Origin: Bacillota bacterium
GTDB lineage: Bacteria > Bacillota > DTU030
Assembly (NCBI GenBank): GCA_012518435.1
Contig: JAAYSG010000060.1
Coordinates: forward strand, 9,777 to 73,776
Length of the DNA stretch: 64,000 bases
Direction: 5' to 3'
Each line of letters begins with the position of its first letter. Position 1 is the stretch's first letter. A program made the translations under genes and the position numbers. The notes below the pieces were generated by a model. That model worked only from the letters and a program-made list of their open reading frames with translations. It was not told the origin of the DNA and ran no database searches. This document shows positions 10,788-20,248 of the stretch, piece after piece.

Positions 10788-11735
10788 CTAGTTCACCGGT
10801 TCCCGCACCACAAAGGTCAATCTAACCCTGTGGTCGGGGTTGTTATTGGGGGTTAAGGTTAAATGACCGTCGCCAAGGGAAGAGGCGTAAAAACCCTTTT
10901 TAACCGGGCTGATTGCACCCCAAGCGGCGGCACTGATTCCCATTTCCCCCTCATTACCCACCAAGACTAGGTACTGACCTAGCCGTAAGGTTAGGGGGCC
11001 TTGGGGGACCATGATCTCCCCCTGGGCATTGATATGATAAGGTATAAGGTATGTTACCTCTTGGAAAGTGCCGTCTTTAGCGGGGGCCAAATCCCTTCCT
11101 GGGGAATAGGAAAGGGGAGCCATTCGCCGTTCTACCAAAAAACCGGGGCCAAGCTCCAGCTGTCCACGGGGAACATTGTCTTCTTCATAATAAGGCAGTA
11201 CCTGCCCATCATCGTAGGCCAAAATCCGATAATGAAAGTACCTTTCTTCCCGATCCCGGGAGGAAATAATTATTAACTGCCCTTCTTCCCCCGGCAGTTC
11301 CATTGTTGCAATGGGTAGGGGAAGTCCCTCCCCCTTTAAAAGACTGCTGTATATTGGTTCCCAGCCCCCATCCTTTTGGGGAGCCCAAAGAACCGCCAAG
11401 AGGTTTTCCTGAATACTGTCCGGTTGGCTGACGCGAAAATAATTAACCCAATGGATATTCTCCTTGCTATTTAGTATCACCTTTTGCTGGGCAATCTGAA
11501 CACCCAGATCAACTTGTTTTGCCCCTCTCCCCAAGGGCAAAAGGGTATAGGCCAAAAAAATAATCAAAAGACCGACCGCAGCCTTGAGGAAAAACAGATT
11601 CCGGGGAGCCCGCGCCTTTTCCCGGCGGTACACCACTTCCGGCAAAGGGGTGATGAATAACCTGGAAAAAAACTCCTCCGCTTCCCGCTTGCCTTGACGC
11701 AGCTTGGCATCTAGTTCCCGGTCATCCATCAACAT
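10788..11735 (-). CDS. Anti-sigma-factor-like single-pass membrane protein
   Basis: It lies immediately downstream of the ECF sigma gene and overlaps it. It has a basic N-terminus, one TM helix (LFFLKAAVGLLIIFLAYTLL) and a large extracytoplasmic domain. Confidence 0.5.
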   Translation of the reverse strand: MLMDDRELDAKLRQGKREAEEFFSRLFITPLPEVVYRREKARAPRNLFFLKAAVGLLIIFLAYTLLPLGRGAKQVDLGVQIAQQKVILNSKENIHWVNYFRVSQPDSIQENLLAVLWAPQKDGGWEPIYSSLLKGEGLPLPIATMELPGEEGQLIIISSRDREERYFHYRILAYDDGQVLPYYEEDNVPRGQLELGPGFLVERRMAPLSYSPGRDLAPAKDGTFQEVTYLIPYHINAQGEIMVPQGPLTLRLGQYLVLVGNEGEMGISAAAWGAISPVKKGFYASSLGDGHLTLTPNNNPDHRVRLTFVVREPVN

Positions 11736-12280
11736 CCCTCCTTTAGGCTTTCTTTTAGCATGGCCCGGGCCCGGCATAAACGGGTACGTACATTCCCCGG
11801 AGTGATATTTAGTACTTGGGCAATCTCGGTGGTATTTAATTCTTGGAAATAGTAGAGGGCTATTACCAGCCGATATTTGAGGGGGAGTTCCATTACCCTT
11901 TGGAAAACCTCTCCCTCCTCCACAAGGGCCGGCGGGTTAGCAAATTTATCACCCAGCATTTCCAAGGCTCCATTGTCCCCATAGGGAATTAAACGCCGGA
12001 AGGCAGCGGAACGGAGATGGTCACGACATAAATTGACAGTAATTCGATAAATCCAGGTATAGTACGAACTATCCCGACGGAACCTATCCAGGTTTTTATA
12101 AACCCTATAAAAAACTTCCTGGGTGATATCCTCCGCTTGATATTGATCCCGCAGGTAGTAATATGCCAACCTTTGAACCTGACTGCCAAAACGCCGCATT
12201 AGATATTCCAGCTGGGCACAAGGCCCCCCATCCCTTTGCTCAACCCGCTGGCCCTCCACCAGAAAGGACATCCTCTCCAC
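11729..12280 (-). CDS. ECF-type RNA polymerase sigma-70 factor
   Basis: Region 2 (AEDITQEVFYRVYKNLDRF...YTWIYRITVNL) and a region 4 HTH (LNTTEIAQVLNITPGNVRTRLCRAR) are present. Confidence 0.85.
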   Translation of the reverse strand: MERMSFLVEGQRVEQRDGGPCAQLEYLMRRFGSQVQRLAYYYLRDQYQAEDITQEVFYRVYKNLDRFRRDSSYYTWIYRITVNLCRDHLRSAAFRRLIPYGDNGALEMLGDKFANPPALVEEGEVFQRVMELPLKYRLVIALYYFQELNTTEIAQVLNITPGNVRTRLCRARAMLKESLKEGC

Positions 12281-12365
12281 CCTCCGTAATTGCTACAATT
12301 AATGGCCCTGCGGTTAAAATTATACTATTAGGGCCAAGGTTTATCCAGTCTCCCTTGGCCCTTTT

Positions 12366-13373
12366 CTAGGCCCGGATTTCCTGACGCATAAACACGACAT
12401 AGGAGGCAGCGAAACAGAGAAGTGTGGCAGCCACCAAGCCTGTAAGATGGGGCCAAATCAATAGTAGGCTTTGGCCCAGGGGAAGGGCCCCGGGCACTGC
12501 CCCTTCTATCTGCTCTAAAAATATAGGACCCAGGGTGCGTATCTCTGGCGTAAGGATTGTAGTTATACTTTCCCAGTAAAGGGTGGCTGGCGAAAAACGA
12601 CTTAAGTTCTGCCGCCAGATCCAATTCCGGAGGAAAACACTTTGGGAGGCATCATTGGCAACGGGAACAATAACATCAGCGGCTATACCAGCCAAGAGAC
12701 CCAGAAAAACTGTAAAAAAGAGCCATACAGCAATTCCGGCCAGGGCCGAAGTGGCCGTTTGCCGAAATAAAAGGGAAAATAAAAGGGAAAGTCCCAGCCA
12801 AAAGCCCACATAGACAATGGTCAACATTAAAAAAACAAGGATGCGAGTCAACTCCTCCAGGCTGGGAGGCACCCCTAGCATAACCAAACCCAGCCCGGCC
12901 ACAATAAGGCCCAGGGAAACAATCATGAAGGCCATGACAGTTAGGCCGGCGAAAAATTTCCCATTTATCACCGCGTCCCGGTGGATAGGTTGCCCCAGAA
13001 GCTTACTCAGGGTACCCCGGGCACGTTCACCATTTATTCCATCAAAACCAAGGGCTAACCCCATTAGGGGGCACAGGAAGGATATAAAGGCCGCAAAGGA
13101 AGGTAAGGAATTCCCCGAATTGGTAAAAAGGCGAAGGAAAACAAGGTCTATCTCTTCTCCACTCCCTCCCTTGGTAATGCCCCGGGAAGCGGCGTAGATA
13201 CTGGAAAAACCCGTCACCGCCATTAGGAGGACCAATATCAAAAAACGTTTACTGGTAAGATGATCTGCCAGCTCCTTAAGAAAAACCACATCCATCCCTT
13301 CACTGACAAAACCCATGGGTTGTTTTTCTTTGCCCGGCCATAGTTTCTTTATTGCTGACAAAGGAGATGACAT
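12366..13373 (-). CDS. ABC-2 type transporter permease
   Basis: It is a polytopic membrane protein (about 6 TM) directly downstream of an ABC ATPase. The start was chosen at the second Met to give an atga overlap. Confidence 0.65.
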   Translation of the reverse strand: MSSPLSAIKKLWPGKEKQPMGFVSEGMDVVFLKELADHLTSKRFLILVLLMAVTGFSSIYAASRGITKGGSGEEIDLVFLRLFTNSGNSLPSFAAFISFLCPLMGLALGFDGINGERARGTLSKLLGQPIHRDAVINGKFFAGLTVMAFMIVSLGLIVAGLGLVMLGVPPSLEELTRILVFLMLTIVYVGFWLGLSLLFSLLFRQTATSALAGIAVWLFFTVFLGLLAGIAADVIVPVANDASQSVFLRNWIWRQNLSRFSPATLYWESITTILTPEIRTLGPIFLEQIEGAVPGALPLGQSLLLIWPHLTGLVAATLLCFAASYVVFMRQEIRA

Positions 13374-13374
13374 C

Positions 13375-14334
13375 CTACTGCACCCCTCCCTTGGAAAAGT
13401 ACATCCGATATATATCATCTAGACTATAACCCCGCCGCCTTAAATGTAGCAATTGAAAACCGCGGCTGGCCAATACTTCCGTCAGGTAGGGACGGAGTTC
13501 CTCTGCACAGTGAAGCAAAAATAGATCCCCCCACTCCTCCACCTTTGTAACCCCCTCCAGGTCCTCCAGTGCTTCCCTTAGGTGGGGGCCGCCGGGATCT
13601 GCCTGGAGCTCTATTACCAGCGGCTCACCCACCATAAGCTGTTCCCCCAAGGAGGCAATGGGGCCAACAGCCACCAACTCCCCCTTCACAAAGATACCCA
13701 CCCGATCACAAATTTGCTGTACCTGGTGTAACAGATGGGAAGAAATAAGGACTGTCCGCCCGTCCTCCCGAGACAGGCGGCGAATAATTTCCAAAACATC
13801 CCTTATCCCCTGGGGGTCAATGCCATTGGTGGGTTCATCCAAAATTACGATTTTCGGATCCTTCACTAGTACATCGGCAATCCCCAGACGTTGGCGCATC
13901 CCCCGGGAATATGTCCCCACCAGATCATCACCCATTGGGCTTAACCCCACCCGTTGAAGGGAGTCATCTATTCTTTCCTCAGCCTTAGGGCCGGCCATAC
14001 CGTTTAGGCGGGCCGTATACCGCAGGTTTTCCCGTCCAGTTAGTTCTTCGTAAAAACCCACATTGTCGGGCAAGTAACCAATTATCCTTTTAACCTCTAT
14101 TGGCTCCCTAATAGAATTGTAGCCGGCCACCCTTGCCCAACCGGTGCTAGGTTCCGTTAAACCCATCAACATTAAGATGGTTGTGGTTTTTCCGGCGCCA
14201 TTGGGCCCCAAAAGCCCAAATATCTCCCCCTCTTTTATTGTCAAATTTAGCTCCTTTACCGCAGCCACCTGCCCATATTCCTTGGTCAAGTTTTCCGTCT
14301 CGATTACAACCCTGTCGACACCCATTTTTATCAC
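13375..14334 (-). CDS. ABC transporter ATP-binding protein
   Basis: Walker A GLLGPNGAGKTTT, ABC signature YSRGMRQRLGIA and Walker B ILDEPTNGID are present. Confidence 0.9.
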   Translation of the reverse strand: MIKMGVDRVVIETENLTKEYGQVAAVKELNLTIKEGEIFGLLGPNGAGKTTTILMLMGLTEPSTGWARVAGYNSIREPIEVKRIIGYLPDNVGFYEELTGRENLRYTARLNGMAGPKAEERIDDSLQRVGLSPMGDDLVGTYSRGMRQRLGIADVLVKDPKIVILDEPTNGIDPQGIRDVLEIIRRLSREDGRTVLISSHLLHQVQQICDRVGIFVKGELVAVGPIASLGEQLMVGEPLVIELQADPGGPHLREALEDLEGVTKVEEWGDLFLLHCAEELRPYLTEVLASRGFQLLHLRRRGYSLDDIYRMYFSKGGVQ

Positions 14335-15527
14335 CTTCTCCCATAGTGCCTAAAGGCTGCCCCCACACCGGCAATTACCGCCAATATAATTACCAATCCT
14401 GTAAGGCCCCAAAGGGTAGATGTTTTAACCAGCACCCTTATCTGGGCCTTCCCATCGGCCTCCTTGCTGGAGGCAGTAAGGTTAACGGCATAATCACCGG
14501 CTATGGCTTTAGTGTCTGGTTTGATCTTGGCAGTCACCTGGCGGCTTTCCCCGGGAGCTAGCTTTTCAATTTGTTCCGGCTCGAAGGTCACCGACCAACC
14601 AGCAGGTTCCCGGGAAGACAGGGTAATATTTTCCAGGACGGAGGTGCCGTTATTCTCCACCTCCAGGGAAAGGCCTGTTTCCTTTCCGGCAATCGCCTGT
14701 GCATTTAGCCTTCCACTGGGGGTAGTAAGGGTCAATTCGTAGGTGCCGGTAATTGTCACCTGTAAATCCGTTTGGGCAGCACTAACAGCCGATACCGCCG
14801 CAACGGGAATGGTGTATTTCCCCGCCGTAACATTTTTGGGGGGTATTATACTAACATCTAAACCTTGGCTCCTCCCCGCCTCCAGGCTAAGGCTGGCTAT
14901 TTGTTTAGAATCATTGGCTGGGCTAAAATTTACCTGCCATCCCGGAGGTACCTTGGCCCCAAGGCTGTAAGATTGTTCCTGGGGTGTATTGTTGGTTAGA
15001 TCAACCCTAAACTGGAAGGTGGCACCACTGGGCCCCTGTAATTCGGGGTAGCGGGTCACCAATTCACCCCCCCGAACTGGCTCTCCAGTAACCCTCAGGT
15101 TTAAAGCTAGGGTGGAAACCCGCCCCCCTCCCCGGGCACTTATTGTTAATTGGTAGTCCCCCTCCTCCACCTTGGCGGGAACATCTATACTCAAATTCAC
15201 ACTGGGATTATAGCCACTGCCGGCAAACACCTGGTGAACCCGCCGACCATTACCCTCGATAACCGCTTCCCAGCCTTGGGGTTTGCTATCTACAGACAAT
15301 TCCACCTTGCCGTCCCCTGTATTTCTAATTTCCAAGGGAAAAATTACCCTTTCCCCCGGTTCCACGGCAATACCCGGGTAAGGTGTACTAAGCACCAAGC
15401 CATTGGCAGCTTGGGCCACACCATTACCTAAAAACAGGTTTAGGACAATGACGGCCAACAGCAAGAAGGATAGTAAAGATTTTGACCCATTCTTCACTCC
15501 TTGAGAAAAATTTTCCTTTCTCATCAT
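14331..15527 (-). CDS. Secreted, C-terminally membrane-anchored repeat-domain protein (CARDB/DUF11-like; COG1470-type ABC-associated)
   Basis: It has a signal peptide, repeated beta-rich PxGW-containing modules (SKPQGWEAV, KVPPGWQVNF, EPAGWSVTF) and a C-terminal TM helix. It is in an operon with the ABC-2 exporter. Confidence 0.55.
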   Translation of the reverse strand: MMRKENFSQGVKNGSKSLLSFLLLAVIVLNLFLGNGVAQAANGLVLSTPYPGIAVEPGERVIFPLEIRNTGDGKVELSVDSKPQGWEAVIEGNGRRVHQVFAGSGYNPSVNLSIDVPAKVEEGDYQLTISARGGGRVSTLALNLRVTGEPVRGGELVTRYPELQGPSGATFQFRVDLTNNTPQEQSYSLGAKVPPGWQVNFSPANDSKQIASLSLEAGRSQGLDVSIIPPKNVTAGKYTIPVAAVSAVSAAQTDLQVTITGTYELTLTTPSGRLNAQAIAGKETGLSLEVENNGTSVLENITLSSREPAGWSVTFEPEQIEKLAPGESRQVTAKIKPDTKAIAGDYAVNLTASSKEADGKAQIRVLVKTSTLWGLTGLVIILAVIAGVGAAFRHYGRR

Positions 15528-15605
15528 TCTCCCCTCCCGTTGAGGTTTATTTTTGCCTTCTATATGTTAGACGATTAAGCCACCCCATAGGTTACAAACC
15601 GGGGT

Positions 15606-15630
15606 AAAAAAAAATAGCCCCTCAGGGCTA
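15606..15630 (-). terminator. Rho-independent terminator after the threonine dehydratase gene
   Basis: The minus strand reads TAGCCC-CTGA-GGGCTA followed by a T9 run. Confidence 0.7.
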
Positions 15631-15690
15631 CTTTCCAAATTAAATTCCGTAAGGTGCAAGAAGGTTTCCCCTTCCCACCCTCCTAACCAA

Positions 15691-16653
15691 TTACTGGCTG
15701 ATCAGCCTTGGCAAAAGTTTTAGATCCATATTACCACCACTGATAACCACGGCCAGCTTTTTACCCTTTAGGGGCACCTTACCGGCCAGTACTGCGGCCA
15801 CCGTCACCGCCCCGGAGGGTTCTGCCAACAGTTTACCCCGTTCCAGAAGAAAAAGAAGGGCTTTTTTGATCTCCTCTTCCGTGACCAGCAAAATATCATC
15901 CACATGCTTCTGGACCACCGAAAAGGTCAAAAGACCCGGTTTGTTGGTTCGAAGGCCGTCGGCAAGGGTTTTGATACCTGTCAATTCGGTAACCTTCCCC
16001 GCCCGGAGGGATCGATACATGCTGTTACTAGCGACCGGTTCTACCCCGTAGACTTTTGTATCGGGCCTGGCGCCCTTAATGGCCGTGGCAATACCCGAGA
16101 TTAGCCCACCCCCACCCACCGGGACTAAAACGGCATCCACATCCGGCAGATCCTCCAGGATTTCAAGGCCAATGCTGCCCTGGCCCTCCATAACCCAAGG
16201 ATCATCAAAGGGATGAACAAAGCTCAGCCCCTTTGTCTGTGCCAATTCCTGGGCCTTTTCAATTCTTTCCTGGGAGGTGGTACCACAGGGAACAAGTTCA
16301 GCCCCGTATCCTTTGATAGCCGCCGCCTTGGCCGGGGAAACATCCTCCGGCACCACAACTATGGCAGGATAATCAGCCAATGCCGCCGCATAGGCCACTG
16401 CTTGGCCGTGGTTGCCCGAAGAGCCTGTGATAACCCCCCGGCAAATTTTTTGGGGATCAGATTTCAAAATAAAATTGGCAGCCCCCCTGACCTTAAAGGC
16501 TCCTGTTTTTTGCAGGTTTTCAGGTTTTAGGTAGATCTCATTTCCCGACAGCCTGCTCAAGGTTGCTGAATGATCAAGATATGTTCTAGTGATGACATTT
16601 TCTATCCGCTGCTGGGCCTCAATAATATCTGGAAAAGCAATCATCCCTTCCAC
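15691..16653 (-). CDS. PLP-dependent threonine/serine dehydratase family enzyme
   Basis: TGAFKVRGAAN carries the PLP-lysine, and GSSGNHGQAVAYAA and VPVGGGGLISGIA fit the fold-type II PLP family. It is 320 aa, the size of a catabolic or regulatory-domain-less enzyme. Confidence 0.85.
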   Translation of the reverse strand: MEGMIAFPDIIEAQQRIENVITRTYLDHSATLSRLSGNEIYLKPENLQKTGAFKVRGAANFILKSDPQKICRGVITGSSGNHGQAVAYAAALADYPAIVVVPEDVSPAKAAAIKGYGAELVPCGTTSQERIEKAQELAQTKGLSFVHPFDDPWVMEGQGSIGLEILEDLPDVDAVLVPVGGGGLISGIATAIKGARPDTKVYGVEPVASNSMYRSLRAGKVTELTGIKTLADGLRTNKPGLLTFSVVQKHVDDILLVTEEEIKKALLFLLERGKLLAEPSGAVTVAAVLAGKVPLKGKKLAVVISGGNMDLKLLPRLISQ

Positions 16654-16669
16654 CTCCTGGCCCTTTTAT

Positions 16670-17191
16670 TTAGCGATCAAAGTAAATGTTTTTACCCGTA
16701 ACAGAGAGGGGAATGGCCACCACAATTTCGCCTTCAATAAGTCCCAGCTTACGGGCCAAGACCCCCGGACGATACATAATCCTATTGTCCACATTGAGGA
16801 TGCCGGCGGTCTTAGCCGCAGAGCCGATGGCAATACCCAGATCAATCAAGCGCCAGGCACAGAGGGGGCCGGCAAATTCCGGGCCTTCGTGCAACTTCGG
16901 TGTGAGCAAATCACATTCGGCCTCCCCACAAGCGCCACAATCCAGGCCAACGGCTGCCGAATCCTTAAGGGATGCCAAAAGAAGGGCTCCAGAATCGCGC
17001 ACATTTTTCCCATCCCGTTCAAACCCCGGGTTATTCTTTTCCTTGGCATAGGCCAGCATGGCATCAGCCAACCTCTCCAAATCCTCACCCTCAATAACCC
17101 GCAAAGCAATAAAATCCTTCCCCCCAGCCTTGGGAGCAGTCCGGGCAGCCAAGGCCATTAAATTTGCTGATACCTTCAAGATTTCCTTCAT
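16670..17191 (-). CDS. DUF2148 ferredoxin-like Cys-rich protein
   Basis: LDCGACGEAEC...CAWRLIDLGIAIGSAAKTAGILNVDNRIMY...IPLSVTGKNIYFDR matches the DUF2148 pattern as I recall it. Confidence 0.6.
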   Translation of the reverse strand: MKEILKVSANLMALAARTAPKAGGKDFIALRVIEGEDLERLADAMLAYAKEKNNPGFERDGKNVRDSGALLLASLKDSAAVGLDCGACGEAECDLLTPKLHEGPEFAGPLCAWRLIDLGIAIGSAAKTAGILNVDNRIMYRPGVLARKLGLIEGEIVVAIPLSVTGKNIYFDR

Positions 17192-17384
17192 GGCTGTGCC
17201 TCCTTAGGATAATATTTCCGGGGAAATATATATCCCCTTGGTTACATAAATAATATTTATATTATTCGCCAACACCAGGCTTATTCCCTACCCACCCTTT
17301 GCAAAAATTCAAACACAGGGGCAACAACCCTGCCTCCGCTCCGGGGCAGTATCGGCCTGTCCAGCAAAGGATTGGGAAAAATGA

Positions 17385-18878
17385 TCAATTCCCACTGTCT
17401 TTGCCGGGAATAAGGAAGGTGTACTTTTCCCCACCTTTTTCCCCGAAGCCCTCTACCGTGCAAAATAGACCCAAAATCCTATCCACCATCCCCTTAAACT
17501 GCCGGTACTGCCTTTCCGCAACAAAAATAAAACCGTGGGCTAAAATACTGTAATTCCTATTTCTAATTTGGTTGCCAAGGTCAATCCAATCAATACCCTT
17601 CCCTTTGCCGGTGGGCACTTGGCTTAAGCGGAAGGGATCATTGAGGGCTTCCAGAAGCATATAACCATCCATGAGGGCGATGGGAGCAGGCAGTCTTTTC
17701 ACCGGCTCCATTTGGGCATCCTGCCGCGCCCCGTTAAAGAGTGTCAAGAGGTCGGGGGTAAAGGGGGAATAATTAGGCTGGGCCGTATCAATGTCATGGC
17801 AGGCCAGGCGCCGCTGTTCCATAATTTCCAAAAGGCGATATAAAAACAGGGAAGCAGAATCCCATTGTCCCTGGTGGGCCCGCCGCTGAGCATTATGGTA
17901 TACGGTAAAAACTAGGGTTTCAACGGCATCCTTATCTTGCAACAAGTCCAAGGTTGATCTTTGCGGACCGGTGGGCATCAATTTTGCCAGATAGTCCACC
18001 CTATCTTGCTGTTCCTGAAGAAAAGCAACCTCTCTTGTAATTTCACCCAAATTTAGCTTCTTTTTTATTTCTATTGCCTGGCCCAGCTGGTGGGCAGCCA
18101 TTTTTAAATTTAAACCATCCCAGGCCCCATAGGCCAGGGCCAAGGCCTGTAAGTATTGGGCTCGGCGGGGATCGGGCACATTTTGCACCAACTCCGACAG
18201 GATTTGGCTGGCCCCGTAAAATTCTTGCCTTTCCAAGAGTTCCAAGGCATTTTTTTCCCTTAAGACGCCGAAGACCTCATAGGGGTTGGGGAGAATCTTT
18301 AAGTACTCAGTACCCGGTTCCGGACAGCGGCGATCCTGCAAAAAGTTGGTGTTGTCCACATAGAGGAGATCAAAACCTAGGAAGGCCCCCACCAGGGCCA
18401 GCCCGGCGGCCATTGATTTGGTACCCCCGGTGATATCCACGGCTATTTCGCTTTTCCTCCCCCACTGTTCCCAGACTTCCTTAACCGCCTGATAAATTGT
18501 CCGCAGATCCGCCTTTTCCACCAACCTTTTATCCCATTGGGAGGGTGAGAGCCCGACATAGTCGATTATTTCGTCCAAATGTTTTTCCGTATCCATTGTA
18601 TAGAGGAAAAGGGTTTTTTGCGGTCGACAGGCCGATAGGGTGAAAATAAGGGGTTCCGGTGATTTCCCCACCGTCATAATAAGGCCAAAGAGATTCTTCT
18701 GGCGCATTTTCTCCCTTTCCCGAGCCTCAAAAATGGAGCAGGCCAAGGGAAAAACCTTTTCCCGATAATAACGGGCGGCCCTTATTCCTTCCTCACCCTT
18801 TGTGGGCATGTCCCGCCACTTTTTCTTTACCAGGGCCAACTCCTGCTGCAAGTTATAATTTTCCCCCTCAGTGGTCAT
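17385..18878 (-). CDS. csx1: Csx1/Csm6-family CARF-HEPN ribonuclease, a cyclic-oligoadenylate-activated type III ancillary nuclease
   Basis: The N-terminal CARF Rossmann domain reads FGLIMTVGKSPEPLIFTL...ITGGTKSMAAGLAL. The C-terminal HEPN R-X6-H motif is NQIRNRNYSILAHG. It lies directly downstream of csm5. Confidence 0.8.
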   Translation of the reverse strand: MTTEGENYNLQQELALVKKKWRDMPTKGEEGIRAARYYREKVFPLACSIFEAREREKMRQKNLFGLIMTVGKSPEPLIFTLSACRPQKTLFLYTMDTEKHLDEIIDYVGLSPSQWDKRLVEKADLRTIYQAVKEVWEQWGRKSEIAVDITGGTKSMAAGLALVGAFLGFDLLYVDNTNFLQDRRCPEPGTEYLKILPNPYEVFGVLREKNALELLERQEFYGASQILSELVQNVPDPRRAQYLQALALAYGAWDGLNLKMAAHQLGQAIEIKKKLNLGEITREVAFLQEQQDRVDYLAKLMPTGPQRSTLDLLQDKDAVETLVFTVYHNAQRRAHQGQWDSASLFLYRLLEIMEQRRLACHDIDTAQPNYSPFTPDLLTLFNGARQDAQMEPVKRLPAPIALMDGYMLLEALNDPFRLSQVPTGKGKGIDWIDLGNQIRNRNYSILAHGFIFVAERQYRQFKGMVDRILGLFCTVEGFGEKGGEKYTFLIPGKDSGN

Positions 18879-19093
18879 TGCACATCTCTCCTTTTCATAA
18901 GGGCTTGTTAAAGATAATCCTGCTGGGCTGCCACACCCCCATGCAGTATCTTGTCGGCCTTCTAGATAAAGGGCAAAATATCTTACAGATCATCCCAAGG
19001 GCTCCTCACAGTCCAGCCTTCGAAATAAACTTATGAACTGCTGCTGGCTAATTATAAGATAATGGAACTCCTTCCTTAATGTATCGCCTTTCT

Positions 19094-20239
19094 TTAATCG
19101 GCGGGACTTATCTGCACCTTCACCCAACCCAAGGTGGTGCACGGTTCTATCCCTTCCTGCATAACAACCTTGCGAGAACGGGGAAAAACCCCAGGATGCC
19201 GTGCTTTATAGAATTTTTGCCCCAGGTTCAGGCGTTCTTGCCCCCTCAAGGCCTGGCTAATAGTCATTGTCAAAAGGCCGGTCCCCCAGCCCAGGCGAAG
19301 ATTAGCCCCTCTTCCTTCCAGGCCCAGCAGATCATCCACCACCCCCTTCAATCCGGCGTGCTGGAAAAAGACCCTTTCCTCCGTGAGCAGGGCTGCTGTT
19401 TTCTCCTTGAGGCGGGAAAAAAGTTCCAGTGGCGTAAAAATACCCCTTCCTCCGGGGAATGCCCGAAAAAGCCCTTGCAAAAAGGGCGGAAAGGTAATGG
19501 TGCCAGTAAAAATTGTCCCCGGGGCTATGGTTTCTAAAAATACTGAAACTTGCCTTTCCCCTCTTCTGTCCCGGCGATCAAGGGAAAAATGAAAACCTTT
19601 CTCTTTATTGAGGCTGACAACCTTCACTTCAACCACTTCGGTGCAGTCCGGGTCCTCTGTGTGAAAGTCGCTTATTTGCAGGGTACGAAACCAATCCCGG
19701 TGGGGACCCTGCCTCGCCCCCGGAATATGGGCTTGGCTAAAAACATCCTCTTCTAAAAACCGTGCCACAGTTTTAGGATTATTCCTATTGGCCACCGCCT
19801 TTGCTGCACCTTTCCGCAGGGCTTCATCTTCTGTACAGTAAAGGTAAAGAATGAGATTGCGCAGGGCACCCTTTACCGCCGAACCTGGGATAACCGGTCT
19901 ATTCCCCACCATATCCCATTGCTGGGGGCGGAGGCTGAAAAAATGGCCTTTGATCTTATGTTTAATCCTGCGGCTGCTAATGGCAGCCCGCAGTGATTCC
20001 GCCTTGCGCCGGGGGAGGGACTGGAAAAAGCGAAAGAGATTGGGCCGGTAATCCCCCCCCAGGTAGCTTAAAAAACCCGCCGTTAGTCCTTCATCGTTTA
20101 GGGCCCGGACAAGCCTGTCCTCATTTATTAAATAGACCCACTCCCTATCCCGGAGAAACTCCATTGTTCCCAGTTCCCGCCCTTCTCCACCTATATGGAA
20201 GGGAGAAAGAATTTCCATCTCCACCTTATATCTGGCCAT
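19094..20239 (-). CDS. csm5: Type III-A RAMP Csm5 (Cas7 group)
   Basis: The G-rich loop IPGSAVKGALRN is present, the size is 381 aa, and it follows csm4. Confidence 0.8.
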   Translation of the reverse strand: MARYKVEMEILSPFHIGGEGRELGTMEFLRDREWVYLINEDRLVRALNDEGLTAGFLSYLGGDYRPNLFRFFQSLPRRKAESLRAAISSRRIKHKIKGHFFSLRPQQWDMVGNRPVIPGSAVKGALRNLILYLYCTEDEALRKGAAKAVANRNNPKTVARFLEEDVFSQAHIPGARQGPHRDWFRTLQISDFHTEDPDCTEVVEVKVVSLNKEKGFHFSLDRRDRRGERQVSVFLETIAPGTIFTGTITFPPFLQGLFRAFPGGRGIFTPLELFSRLKEKTAALLTEERVFFQHAGLKGVVDDLLGLEGRGANLRLGWGTGLLTMTISQALRGQERLNLGQKFYKARHPGVFPRSRKVVMQEGIEPCTTLGWVKVQISPAD

Positions 20240-20248
20240 ACTTACACC

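Noticed and set aside
16589-17161. 190-aa plus-strand ORF antisense to the DUF2148 gene
   Set aside because: The minus-strand frame carries the conserved DUF2148 Cys motif, and the plus-strand product is Pro/Ser/Arg-rich low complexity.
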